DNA of 64,000 bases from an uncultured bacterium (GTDB taxonomy: Bacteria; Fidelibacterota; Marinisomatia; Marinisomatales; Marinisomataceae): the NCBI GenBank assembly GCA_943841495.1, contig CALSYL010000003.1, positions 16,915 through 80,914 on the forward strand. Reading direction: 5' to 3'. Both the position numbers and the translations under genes were made by a program. Under the pieces are notes generated by a model, which was given only the letters and a program-made list of their open reading frames with translations, did not search any database and had not been told where the DNA came from. Positions 52,128-61,084 of this stretch are shown in pieces (the stretch's first letter is position 1; each line of letters opens with the position of its first letter).

Positions 52128-53995
52128 CCACTATTCCAACTACAGAACTTTTTTGGGTTATTCTTACAGCATATGTTTTTTTTGTTTTAGGTGCTGGTTT
52201 ATTTTTTGCTCGTAATAATCAGTCCACTGAAGACTTTTTCTTTGGAGGAAGAAGATTTTCTTGGTGGTTAATTGGAATGTCCATGTTAGCTACTGGTGTT
52301 GGATCACATAGTTTTGCAAAGTATGCATCAAAAGGATTTGAATACGGATTTTCATCCACAATGACTTACATGAATGATTGGTTCTTTATGCCATTATTGT
52401 TATTTGGCTGGATACCAATTATTTACTATATGCAGGTTAATTCTATTCCAGAATATTTTGAAAGACGTTTTAATTCCACGGTAAGAAATTTGTCAACAAT
52501 CACTATGCTGCTTTACCTCATTGGCTACATTGGTATTGGGTTACTAGCTCTTGGATCATTATTGCAGCCAATATTAGGATGGGAGATAAATACGATTATC
52601 ATTGTAGTTGCAGTTATTTCAGGAGTATATGTTTCTCTGGGAGGTCAAACTGCTATTATCTTTACTGATTTTCTTCAAGGAGTAATTTTGCTTTTTGCAG
52701 GACTATTAATTTTTGGGCTAGGTATTGCATATATAGGTGGATTTGATTTGTTCTGGGACAATCTTTCTACAACCAATAAGTTACCATTGGCTGACTTTAA
52801 TTCACCTCCAGATTTTAATTTTGTAGGAATTTTCTGGCAAGATGGTGTGGTAGGTTCTGTTGGATTCGCATTCATGAATCAAGCAGTAATTATGCGATTT
52901 TTAGCATCTCGTTCTGTAGCGCATGCAAGAAGAGCAACGATGATGAATGTACTTGTATTTCTACCAATTGGAACCGTAGCGGTTTCTAATTCTGGATGGA
53001 TTGCAAGGGCTATAGCTAATATTAATCCAAATATTATTCCAGAAACAACAAACCCTAATGGAATCTTTACTGTAGTTGCTTCCTTGGTATCTAATTCTGA
53101 ACCAATTTTTGCATTTTTAGTTGCAGCTGTTGTTGCAGCCTTAATGTCTAGTCTAGATTCTCAAATTAACGCTTCGGCAGCAGTAGCTGTAAATGATGTA
53201 TATACTCCATTAAGCAAAAATCCTTCTGAAAAAACACGTTTGAGAGTATCTATGCTTACTTCTTTGTTGGTAACGTTTATTGGCATTCAAGCAGCATTCT
53301 TATTTGCACAATATGGAACTATTTATGAGGCACATGGAGCCTTTCATAGTGTAGTAACTCCACCTATGGTTACGGTTATATTTTTAGGAATTTTCTGGCA
53401 ACGATTCTCATCAAGAGCGGCCATATTAACCTTTTTGCTAGGAGCAGTATTTATTTTCTTAGGTATCCAGTATCCACAATTTTTTGTTCAACCATTTTCG
53501 CATGGCATAGAGTACGTTGAAGCAAAACCATGGTCATACATAAGAGCGCTTTATAATGTATTTGCCTGCACAACCATTGGAGTGATTGTAACATTATTAA
53601 CAACCAAGCCTGGCAAAGATCATTACAAAAAAATTAAAGGATTAACCTTGTGGACTATTAAAGATGGTCCAGAGTATTTCAAGGGGTCTACAGTTAATGA
53701 AAATGCTGGAAGTAAAATTACCTTTAATGGTGAGATGATTGAAGTTATTAGTAGTACATCTAACGAAATTAATTTACCAAAGGATTTAATGGATGAACTA
53801 GGGGCAAAAGAAGGTGATTTTGCATACATATCAGATGTAAGATGGTATTTTGGAGGACTAAAATCCACCCATGCCAATATCGGAAAATGCTCTTCAAATA
53901 AAAACATTCAGATTTCAGATAATGTCCAAAGTCATGGTCAATTTGACCTTACAAAAAAAATTATTTATCGAGCTAGAATTATAGTTTTTTTTTAA
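52124..53995 (+). CDS. Sodium:solute symporter (SSS/SLC5) with C-terminal soluble extension; true end probably ~53974 (A-run slip)
   Basis: EDFFFGGRRFSW, IPEYFERRF, GGQTAIIFTD, QAVIMRFLA, AALMSSLDS. Confidence 0.9.
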   Translation: MTTIPTTELFWVILTAYVFFVLGAGLFFARNNQSTEDFFFGGRRFSWWLIGMSMLATGVGSHSFAKYASKGFEYGFSSTMTYMNDWFFMPLLLFGWIPIIYYMQVNSIPEYFERRFNSTVRNLSTITMLLYLIGYIGIGLLALGSLLQPILGWEINTIIIVVAVISGVYVSLGGQTAIIFTDFLQGVILLFAGLLIFGLGIAYIGGFDLFWDNLSTTNKLPLADFNSPPDFNFVGIFWQDGVVGSVGFAFMNQAVIMRFLASRSVAHARRATMMNVLVFLPIGTVAVSNSGWIARAIANINPNIIPETTNPNGIFTVVASLVSNSEPIFAFLVAAVVAALMSSLDSQINASAAVAVNDVYTPLSKNPSEKTRLRVSMLTSLLVTFIGIQAAFLFAQYGTIYEAHGAFHSVVTPPMVTVIFLGIFWQRFSSRAAILTFLLGAVFIFLGIQYPQFFVQPFSHGIEYVEAKPWSYIRALYNVFACTTIGVIVTLLTTKPGKDHYKKIKGLTLWTIKDGPEYFKGSTVNENAGSKITFNGEMIEVISSTSNEINLPKDLMDELGAKEGDFAYISDVRWYFGGLKSTHANIGKCSSNKNIQISDNVQSHGQFDLTKKIIYRARIIVFF

Positions 53996-54001
53996 AAAAA
54001 G

Positions 54002-54031
54002 TTGACAAATGTTTTTCTTTTTTTTTATAAT
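54002..54031 (+). promoter_or_regulatory. Near-consensus sigma-70 promoter
   Basis: TTGACA (54002-54007), 18-nt spacer rich in T homopolymer, TATAAT (54026-54031). Confidence 0.7.
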
Positions 54032-54055
54032 CGCGTAGTTAAAATCGCTTTTTAA

Positions 54056-54409
54056 GATGTTGAAGCAGGTCTTAATGAAAAAAACTGACCTGGCCATGCA
54101 CTTAAAAAGAGTTTCATTCTTTCATTATCATATGAAAGAGGCCCAGCGACTGTTCGTCTTTCACTTAATCATCAAGGAGAATTCCTTGAAGAATTTAATG
54201 ATTCAAAGTATGAAGATAGATGGTATGATAAGTCAACATATGTTGATTTAAATGCAAATTATAATTTAAGGGAGAATATGTCTATCTATGCTGATTTCAA
54301 TAATTTAACTAATCAGCCATTGAGATATTACCAAGGAAGTAGCAGATATATGATGCAAGAAGAGTATTATAATAGAAAATTTACTTTCGGAATAAAGGCA
54401 GATTTATAA
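54056..54409 (+). pseudogene. C-terminal remnant of a TonB-dependent receptor (absent from the ORF track)
   Basis: Open frame 54089..54409 without usable start: PGHA..LSLSYERGPATVRLSLNHQGEFLEE..DRWYDKSTYVDLNANYNL..SIYADFNNLTNQPLRYYQG..QEEYYNRKFTFGIKADL-stop; in-frame TGA at 54086. Confidence 0.8.
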
Positions 54410-54465
54410 AATAAGATTAATAATTCTTGTTTTTTAAGTAATAATATTAAAAATTTCTACCATAT

Positions 54466-54538
54466 TCCGGAGTAGCTCAGTTGGTAGAGCGAGTGACTGT
54501 TAATCACCAGGTCGGGAGTTCGAGTCTCTCCTCCGGAG
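54466..54538 (+). tRNA. tRNA-Asn(GTT)
   Basis: TCCGGAG/CTCCGGA acceptor stem, TAGCTCAGTTGGTAGAGC, anticodon loop CTGTTAA, GTTCGAGTC; CCA not encoded. Confidence 0.97.
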
Positions 54539-54577
54539 CAATAATTAAAGAGTTCAATAATAAGGGAATAAAATAAA

Positions 54578-55563
54578 TTGGATTTTCTTACACTATGGTC
54601 TTTATTAGGTTTCTTATTTGCAGTATATGCTGTTACTGCTAATGATAGTATTCAAACGCTAGGAACTTATATTTCATCAAACAAAGATATTAAATGGTAT
54701 TGGATGTTTGCATATATGGGATCGGAATTTTTGTTCTTACAATGTTTCAGGGTTTTGGTACTAACGATCCCGCTTTTGGTAGGTTAGATAAATTTCCTGA
54801 TCCAATTTCTATTCAATGGTATCACGCACTGGCTCCACTCGTTCTTGTTGCTTTGACCAGGTTAAAAATTCCAGTTTCAACCACCTTCTTAGTGCTTATC
54901 AGTTTTTGCATCTTCTGTTGTTATGGAAAAGATGTTGCTTAAAAGCTTTCTTAGGTTATGCAGTATCATTTGTTTTTGCATGTGGATTCTTGGTACCTAA
55001 TAAGTAAATATTTTCTTAATGAAGGAGAAAAAGGTAAAAATAAAAACAATGATTATTGGAGAGTAGCACAATGGCTAACAACTGGCTGGCTGTGGTCTAC
55101 ATGGTTAAAGCATGATTTAGCGAACATAATGATTTTTTTACCTAGATATAGCTCTGTCTCAAAGTTTTCAGTTTCAGTTATTTGTTGTACTAGTTATGTT
55201 CTTGGGCTTAGCGTTTATGTTTTATGAGCGTGGAGGAAGAATTCAAGAAATTGTTCTATCTAAGACCAATACGCAGTTACGTAAGGTCTGCCACACTTAT
55301 TGATTTAGTGTATTGTTTTGTTCTTTACTACTTCAAGGAGGTGAATAATATCCCCATGAGTACGACTTTTGTTTTTATGGGAATGCTTAGCTGGAAGAGA
55401 GCTCGGTATCTGGATGTCTATCGGTTATGGTGAATTAACCTATACTAGCAGGCATAAGAAAGCAATTTTCCCAATGTTATATATGGATTTTTTAAGGCTA
55501 ATGCTTGGTCTAATGATTAGTGTTTCCTTAGCATATGGAATTCAATGGTATGCTAATTTATAA
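54578..55563 (+). pseudogene. PiT/PHO4-like (phosphate/sulfate) permease-family membrane protein broken by about 5-6 frameshifts (pseudogene or sequencing error)
   Basis: Five overlapping ORF fragments join: YAVTANDSIQTLGTYISSN, FGRLDKFP, IPVSTTFLVL, HDLANIMIFLPR, RSATLIDL, NIPMSTTFVF, LAGRELG. Confidence 0.6.
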
Positions 55564-55580
55564 TACTTTATTTTTAAATA

Positions 55581-56414
55581 ATGAATCTTAAACATAAACA
55601 TGTTTTAATTACTGGTGGAGCAAAAGGAATTGGTTTAGCAACCGCTAAGCGTATTTTAAATGAAGGTGCCAATGTTATTCTTTGGGATTTCAAAGAAGAT
55701 GATTTATCAGCAACAGTTCAAGATTTAAAAGAAAAAGGTCATCATGTTTTTTCTCAAATCTGTGATGTGACCAACAAGGAGCAGGTATATCAAAATGCTG
55801 CAATCATTAAAGAAAAGTTTGGAGGCATTGATATATTAATAAACAATGCTGGTACTGTATATACGGGCTATATGTTAGATAGAACTGATGAAGAGCTTGA
55901 GAACCTTATTAATGTAAACTTCACATCAATGATTTATACTATTCGCGCTTTTATGCCAGGGATGTTAGAGAAAAATCTTGGACATATTATTAATATTTCC
56001 TCTGCTTCTTCGTTAACTGGTGCTCCAAAATTAGCTGTATATGCAGCAACAAAGTGGGCAGTAGCAGGACTAACGGAATCCCTTAGATTAGAAGTAAAAA
56101 AAATGGGGAAACATGGAGTGAAGTTTTCTTCAGTTCACCCAAACTTTCTTAAAAAAGGATTATTTGAAGGTACAAAACTTAATTTTTTAGGGCAGTTATT
56201 AGCTCCAGGAGTTAAAAGTCATGATCAAGTTGCTAAAGTGATTGTAAATAGAGCAATTAAGCTTGGATTTCATTCACCAAAAGTTCCATGGATTATGAAT
56301 CAAATGGTATTATTCAGAGCATTATTACCAAGCTCACTTCTTATTAAGCTAAGTAGTTTTTATGGGTTATATAATATGATGGATGACTATCAAGGGTATA
56401 AAGACGGCAGATAA
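55581..56414 (+). CDS. Short-chain dehydrogenase/reductase
   Basis: TGGAKGIG, NNAG, YAATK. Confidence 0.93.
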   Translation: MNLKHKHVLITGGAKGIGLATAKRILNEGANVILWDFKEDDLSATVQDLKEKGHHVFSQICDVTNKEQVYQNAAIIKEKFGGIDILINNAGTVYTGYMLDRTDEELENLINVNFTSMIYTIRAFMPGMLEKNLGHIINISSASSLTGAPKLAVYAATKWAVAGLTESLRLEVKKMGKHGVKFSSVHPNFLKKGLFEGTKLNFLGQLLAPGVKSHDQVAKVIVNRAIKLGFHSPKVPWIMNQMVLFRALLPSSLLIKLSSFYGLYNMMDDYQGYKDGR

Positions 56415-56455
56415 TTTTTCTTTACTATTCTTTTTAATCATTATAGAATTCATAC

Positions 56456-57212
56456 ATGAAACACACATTTAAAATCTATTTTATATTTATCTCATTTTTA
56501 ATTTATTCTTGCAATTCAACTGAAGATATTGCTGTTGAGAGCGATAAAGAGCTAATGGTTACTTTTCAAGACTCCTTAAGTTATGCTATGGGTATTAATA
56601 TAGCTGGAAATTTACCAGACGCAGAAATTAATCAAGAATTATTAATTGAAGGGCTTACCGACTATTGGAATAAAGAAAATCCTAGATTAGATGCACCTAC
56701 ACGAAATGATATTCTTAGAGCATTTAATATTATGAACTCACAAATTGAGCGTGATAAAATGCAAGCAAATGGGAGAAAAGGCTAAAGAGCTTTCAAGGGA
56801 AAACAAAATGAAGGGCCAAGAATTTCTTAATAATAATAAAGTTAAAGAAGGTATAAGAGTTTTAGAAAGAAGCCAGATTCAATATAGAGTTATTGCTGCT
56901 GGAACAGGAGAAATCCCAGATTATGATGATTCTGTCGTTGTTCACTATAATGGTTATTTAATAGATGGATATAAATTTGATAGTAGTTATGATAGAGGGC
57001 AGCCTGCAACTTTTGGAGTGAAAGGTGTTATAGTTGGCTGGCAAGAAGTTTTACAAAAAATGCCAGTGGGTTCTAAGTGGGAAGTATTTATTCCTCAAAA
57101 TTTAGCTTATGGTACAACTGGAGTTCCCTCAGATTCAAAAAAAGGTGAGTATGTTATTCCACCATCTTCAACATTGATTTTCGAAATTGAACTTTTGAGT
57201 ATTGTTGATTAA
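56456..57212 (+). CDS. FKBP-type peptidyl-prolyl isomerase lipoprotein; one frameshift (~56770)
   Basis: Lipobox LIYSC, DSLSYAMG (FKBP_N), VHYNGYLIDGYKFDSSYDRG, WQEVLQKMPVGSKW, LIFEIELL. Confidence 0.9.
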
Positions 57213-57215
57213 TAA

Positions 57216-58163
57216 ATGAAAAATATTAAACTATTCTTTCTATTCATTATTGTTTCATTGATTGGCTGCAATACTAAAACAGAAACAATTACATTAACAA
57301 ACCCGATGTTTTATACGGAACCTGTTGAAGATGCAGGAATGGATAGTATTGGATTTTTAATGCGAAAACATGTCATTGTTGTTACTGTAAAAGATAAAAA
57401 TGAGATTCATCTTTATGGTGCAATGGATGGTAAATTTAAAAAATCAATTCCTCGTGAAGGCGCCTTTCCAAACGGGGTTACTGTTATTAATGATCAATTT
57501 GTTTTAGTTACTGAAAGAGATAATAAGCATGTTGCTGTTTTTAATACTTCAATGGATTATTTAGGTTCTTTTGGCGCAAATGAATTAAGAAGTCCTTATG
57601 GTATTTCGTTCTATAAAATTGACGATGGAAAATATAAAGTGTTTGTTACTGACAGTTATGAATATAATAATCCTAAACAAGATAGAATTCTGTCATGGGA
57701 TTTTAATATCGAGAGCGATGCTTTTACAGTTAGCTCTGCATCAGTTTTTGGAAGTCCAACTTTATATCAAGTTGAAAGTATCCATGTAGACAAGCATTTC
57801 AAAACAATGTTAGTAGCTGAAGAGATGGAAGAACATCATAAAGTAATGGCGCTCGACTTAGAAACAGGTCAAACAATAATTGAAGATTTAGGAAATTTCA
57901 ATAGAGGGAATGATCCGGAAGGAATTGCCTTAGTTATTAATCGCGATAATACAGGATATTGGATTTGCACAGAACAAAGCAAAGATGATAATCGTTTTCA
58001 TTTATATAATCGTGAAGATTTAACCTATATCAACACTTTATATCTTAAAGATGTATCATATACGGATGGAATTGCTACAGCCTATATGCATGGTAAGTGG
58101 TTTTTATATGCAGTAGATAGCGATAAAAGAATTGCAGCTTTTGAATTACCAGCAATCAATTAG
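57216..58163 (+). CDS. Beta-propeller phytase-like lipoprotein
   Basis: Lipobox LIGC; FPNGVTV, VTERDN, PYGISFY, VESIHVD, DPEGIAL..TGYWICTEQ..NRFHLYNRE, TDG resemble Bacteroidetes-type 3-phytases. Confidence 0.72.
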   Translation: MKNIKLFFLFIIVSLIGCNTKTETITLTNPMFYTEPVEDAGMDSIGFLMRKHVIVVTVKDKNEIHLYGAMDGKFKKSIPREGAFPNGVTVINDQFVLVTERDNKHVAVFNTSMDYLGSFGANELRSPYGISFYKIDDGKYKVFVTDSYEYNNPKQDRILSWDFNIESDAFTVSSASVFGSPTLYQVESIHVDKHFKTMLVAEEMEEHHKVMALDLETGQTIIEDLGNFNRGNDPEGIALVINRDNTGYWICTEQSKDDNRFHLYNREDLTYINTLYLKDVSYTDGIATAYMHGKWFLYAVDSDKRIAAFELPAIN

Positions 58164-58172
58164 TAGATAATT

Positions 58173-59048
58173 ATGCTTTTATACCTATTATTTTTTATTG
58201 TATTAATTATTTTCATCTATTTTTTTCGTAATTCAATAATTATAAATATCTATAAACTGCCGATGATACGAAAGTCTTGGCAGCTTCCTCATATGAATGC
58301 ACACAATGTTAATCTTGTTAATAATGATAAGCCTGTAGTTGTTTGTTGTGGTGACAGTATCACTCATGGTCATATTGGATACGATTGGGTGAGCACTTTA
58401 AGAAAGAATGATGATTCAAAAGTCTATATCAATGCGGGTATTAATGCAGATCTGACTTGGAATTTAAATCAACGAATTGAAGATATTATCAAGCACGATC
58501 CGGAATACATTACTATTTTAATTGGAACAAATGATGCAATTGGAAGTCAACCAGTTAAGTTAATACAAGATTATTATATGGAAACTAAAGGGTTGCCACA
58601 AAAACCTTCGATAGACTGGTACAAAGAACAGTTAGAATTTTTTATAAAAAATATTAAAGAACATACTAATGCTAAAATTGCAATTTTCACACTTCCTTGG
58701 TTAGGAGAACAAAAAACATCTTCTATTATGCAAGTTGTAAGAAGTCACAACAAAATAATTAAAGATTTAGCTAAAAATTATAATCTAGAAATCCTTGATC
58801 TGTATAATGAATTTGATTTGAATATTACAAAAAACAATAGCGTACCATATACAACATCAGAACTAAGAAGATTAAGAGGGTTGAGGGCAGTTGTTCTCCA
58901 TTATGTATTTGGCTGGAGTTGGAATGATATTGGGGAAAAATATAGATTGAAATTATTATGTGATCATATCCATCTAAATGAAAGAGGGGGATTGATTATA
59001 AAGAATTTGGCAAAAGGTTTTCTATCAAATTCGTCGTACCCCGGATAG
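58173..59048 (+). CDS. SGNH/GDSL hydrolase with N-terminal membrane anchor
   Basis: GDSIT, NAGINAD, LIGTND, DHIH. Confidence 0.9.
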   Translation: MLLYLLFFIVLIIFIYFFRNSIIINIYKLPMIRKSWQLPHMNAHNVNLVNNDKPVVVCCGDSITHGHIGYDWVSTLRKNDDSKVYINAGINADLTWNLNQRIEDIIKHDPEYITILIGTNDAIGSQPVKLIQDYYMETKGLPQKPSIDWYKEQLEFFIKNIKEHTNAKIAIFTLPWLGEQKTSSIMQVVRSHNKIIKDLAKNYNLEILDLYNEFDLNITKNNSVPYTTSELRRLRGLRAVVLHYVFGWSWNDIGEKYRLKLLCDHIHLNERGGLIIKNLAKGFLSNSSYPG

Positions 59049-59110
59049 GATTTGAACCTATGACCTACGGATTAGAAATCCGTTGCTCTATCCAGCTGAG
59101 CTACCGGGGC
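59037..59110 (-). tRNA. tRNA-Arg(TCT)
   Basis: Reverse complement GCCCCGGTAGCTCAGCTGGATAGAGCAACGGATTTCTAATCCGTAGGTCATAGGTTCAAATCCTATCCGGGGTA. Confidence 0.97.
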
Positions 59111-59191
59111 ATGGGCCAAATTTAATCAAATAAAAAAATATTTAAAGCTTTTTTGTAAAAATTTATAGAGGGGGCTCCGTCGAGAAATTTC

Positions 59192-59220
59192 TTGCAAAAA
59201 ATTGTGTTTAGATGTAGACT
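59192..59220 (+). promoter_or_regulatory. Sigma-70 promoter of the small tandem-repeat protein gene
   Basis: TTGCAA - 17 nt - TAGACT; SD AAGGAG at 59259-59264. Confidence 0.6.
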
Positions 59221-59271
59221 TGTTTAGTAATAAAAATAAAGCTTATAAATAATCTTTTAAGGAGAAAAAAA

Positions 59272-59499
59272 ATGGCTGAAAAAGTAAAAACAACAGGTGT
59301 TAGTAAAGAAAAAGGCTATCTATATTATTTAGGTAAAGATGGTAATGTATGGCGTTCAGGTATGTCAAGAGGCGGATCTGGTGGCGGAAATGCAGAAAAA
59401 GTTGCTGACGCAGGCGTAACCCGTGAAAGCGGTTTCCTATACTTCATCGATAAAGATGGTGATGTATCACGTGCACCTATGGCTAGAGGTAGAGGTTAA
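59272..59499 (+). CDS. Small basic two-repeat protein, candidate nucleoid-associated protein
   Basis: 75 aa; AEKVKTTGVSKEKGYLYYLGKDGNVWRSGMSRG / AEKVADAGVTRESGFLYFIDKDGDVSRAPMARG; own promoter, SD and terminator. Confidence 0.85.
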   Translation: MAEKVKTTGVSKEKGYLYYLGKDGNVWRSGMSRGGSGGGNAEKVADAGVTRESGFLYFIDKDGDVSRAPMARGRG

Positions 59500-59525
59500 G
59501 AAACTTTTATCGTTTAGGTATAATT

Positions 59526-59558
59526 AAAAAAAAGAGCACTTAGGTGCTCTTTTTTTTT
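59526..59558. terminator. Bidirectional intrinsic terminator
   Basis: A8-GAGCAC-TTAG-GTGCTC-T9 between convergent genes. Confidence 0.88.
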
Positions 59559-60177
59559 ACTTAACTATTGAATTTTTGTGATTTCCAACTATCCCACTTG
59601 TAACTATCATATTGAAAGCTTCTTCAACATCAATATCTGCAGGAGTCGTATCTTCTTTTGCAATAATTAAAAAGAAACCTGAAGTAGGATTAGGAGTGGT
59701 AGGTACAAAAATATGATAAAATTCTTCGTTAGCTTGATTTGTTGATTCGCTTGTAACAAATCCAAGTGTCCACATGCCTTTTCTAGGATACTCAACATAG
59801 ACAACCTTTTGAAACGAATCATTATTTGATCCTGAAACAGTTTCAATTAATTGCTTTGTTGTTCCATATATTGTGTCTATTAAAGGAATTTTCTTAAAAA
59901 TGCTCTCAAACCATCCAACTACTTTTTTACCAAAAACATTTCTTGCCAGGGCACCAAAAATAAATAGAGCTAAGAATACTATAATTAGACCAACTAATGA
60001 ACTTAATAGACCAAACCCAGGAAAAGTTACATCTACAAATCTTTTTAATGGTTCTGCAACTGTTCCACCAATCCAATATGTAATTTCTAAAGTAACTTGT
60101 AAAACATATACTGTTAACGCTAAAGGAACAATAGTAGCAATACCAGCAAGCAGATTTGATTTAATTTTTTCTATCAT
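59557..60177 (-). CDS. DUF502 domain protein
   Basis: LAGIATIVPLALT, IPLIDTIY, VEYPRKGMW, FVPTTPNPTSGF. Confidence 0.9.
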   Translation of the reverse strand: MIEKIKSNLLAGIATIVPLALTVYVLQVTLEITYWIGGTVAEPLKRFVDVTFPGFGLLSSLVGLIIVFLALFIFGALARNVFGKKVVGWFESIFKKIPLIDTIYGTTKQLIETVSGSNNDSFQKVVYVEYPRKGMWTLGFVTSESTNQANEEFYHIFVPTTPNPTSGFFLIIAKEDTTPADIDVEEAFNMIVTSGIVGNHKNSIVK

Positions 60178-60202
60178 AATTTAATTTATTATAAAATAGG
60201 TT

Positions 60203-61084
60203 CTATTTCCTATAGATTAGTATAGAACTTCCTAAAATAAGTAAAGTTCCTATTATTTCCTGTGAAGACAGTATTTCTCCTAAAAATACCCAACCTAAGA
60301 AGATAGCCACTATAGGCGGAAAAATAGCAACATAGGTTACTTGAGTTACATTTAAATGCTGATACAGCCAAAAATAGATACCCCACGATATAAATCCGCC
60401 AAAAACAATTAAATAAAGAGTTGAGAGTATTAACTCATTGTTCCAAACAATGACAGATAAATCTTCATTGAACACTGAAGACATTGAAAGCATAACAATC
60501 CCCGTCATAACTTGACAAACTGCATTCATTTGGTAAGGACCAACCTCATCGTTATATTTTTTGTATTGAACGCTAGGATATGCTGCAATTATTATAACGC
60601 TAATTAGTACTAAAATTGCAGAAAAAGATTGTGAAGCAAGATCAATTTCTTGATTAGCACTCATAATTGCTACTCCAGTTAGTCCCATCATTAAAGCACC
60701 AATCTTGTTTTTATTAAGCCTTTCATCTGGATCATCTTTTATCATAAAGTGTGCCATAAGACTGGTAAATAACGGGAATAACCCCCATAATATTGACGAA
60801 ATGCTTGAATAGATATATTGTGTTGCCCAGTATGTCATTCCATATGATAAACTGAAATTTAATAAACCAAAAGACAGGTATAATTTTATTGCCTGTGGAG
60901 TGGTGGGAATAGATAGTTTTTTATAATATATGTAAACAAAAAATATTATTCCTGAAAATAGAAAACGTAAACCAACTCCATAAAAAGGAGGCACTCCAGC
61001 ATTCAGTGAAATCTTGATGAAATACCATGTGGATCCCCAGATTAAGCATAAAGCTATAAAAGGAAATAGAATCCTATTATTCAT
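60203..61084 (-). CDS. EamA/DMT family transporter
   Basis: LIWGSTW, LRFLFSG, ten TM segments, FLGWVFLGE. Confidence 0.9.
   Translation of the reverse strand: MNNRILFPFIALCLIWGSTWYFIKISLNAGVPPFYGVGLRFLFSGIIFFVYIYYKKLSIPTTPQAIKLYLSFGLLNFSLSYGMTYWATQYIYSSISSILWGLFPLFTSLMAHFMIKDDPDERLNKNKIGALMMGLTGVAIMSANQEIDLASQSFSAILVLISVIIIAAYPSVQYKKYNDEVGPYQMNAVCQVMTGIVMLSMSSVFNEDLSVIVWNNELILSTLYLIVFGGFISWGIYFWLYQHLNVTQVTYVAIFPPIVAIFLGWVFLGEILSSQEIIGTLLILGSSILIYRK

Noticed and set aside
54466-59110. Prophage or integrative element at the tRNAs
   Set aside because: No integrase, no phage genes and no duplicated tRNA 3' end found by eye.
59272-59499. Identity with crenarchaeal chromatin proteins CC1 or Cren7
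   Set aside because: Those sequences as I recall them do not share the GYLYY..KDG repeat, so no such name is assigned.
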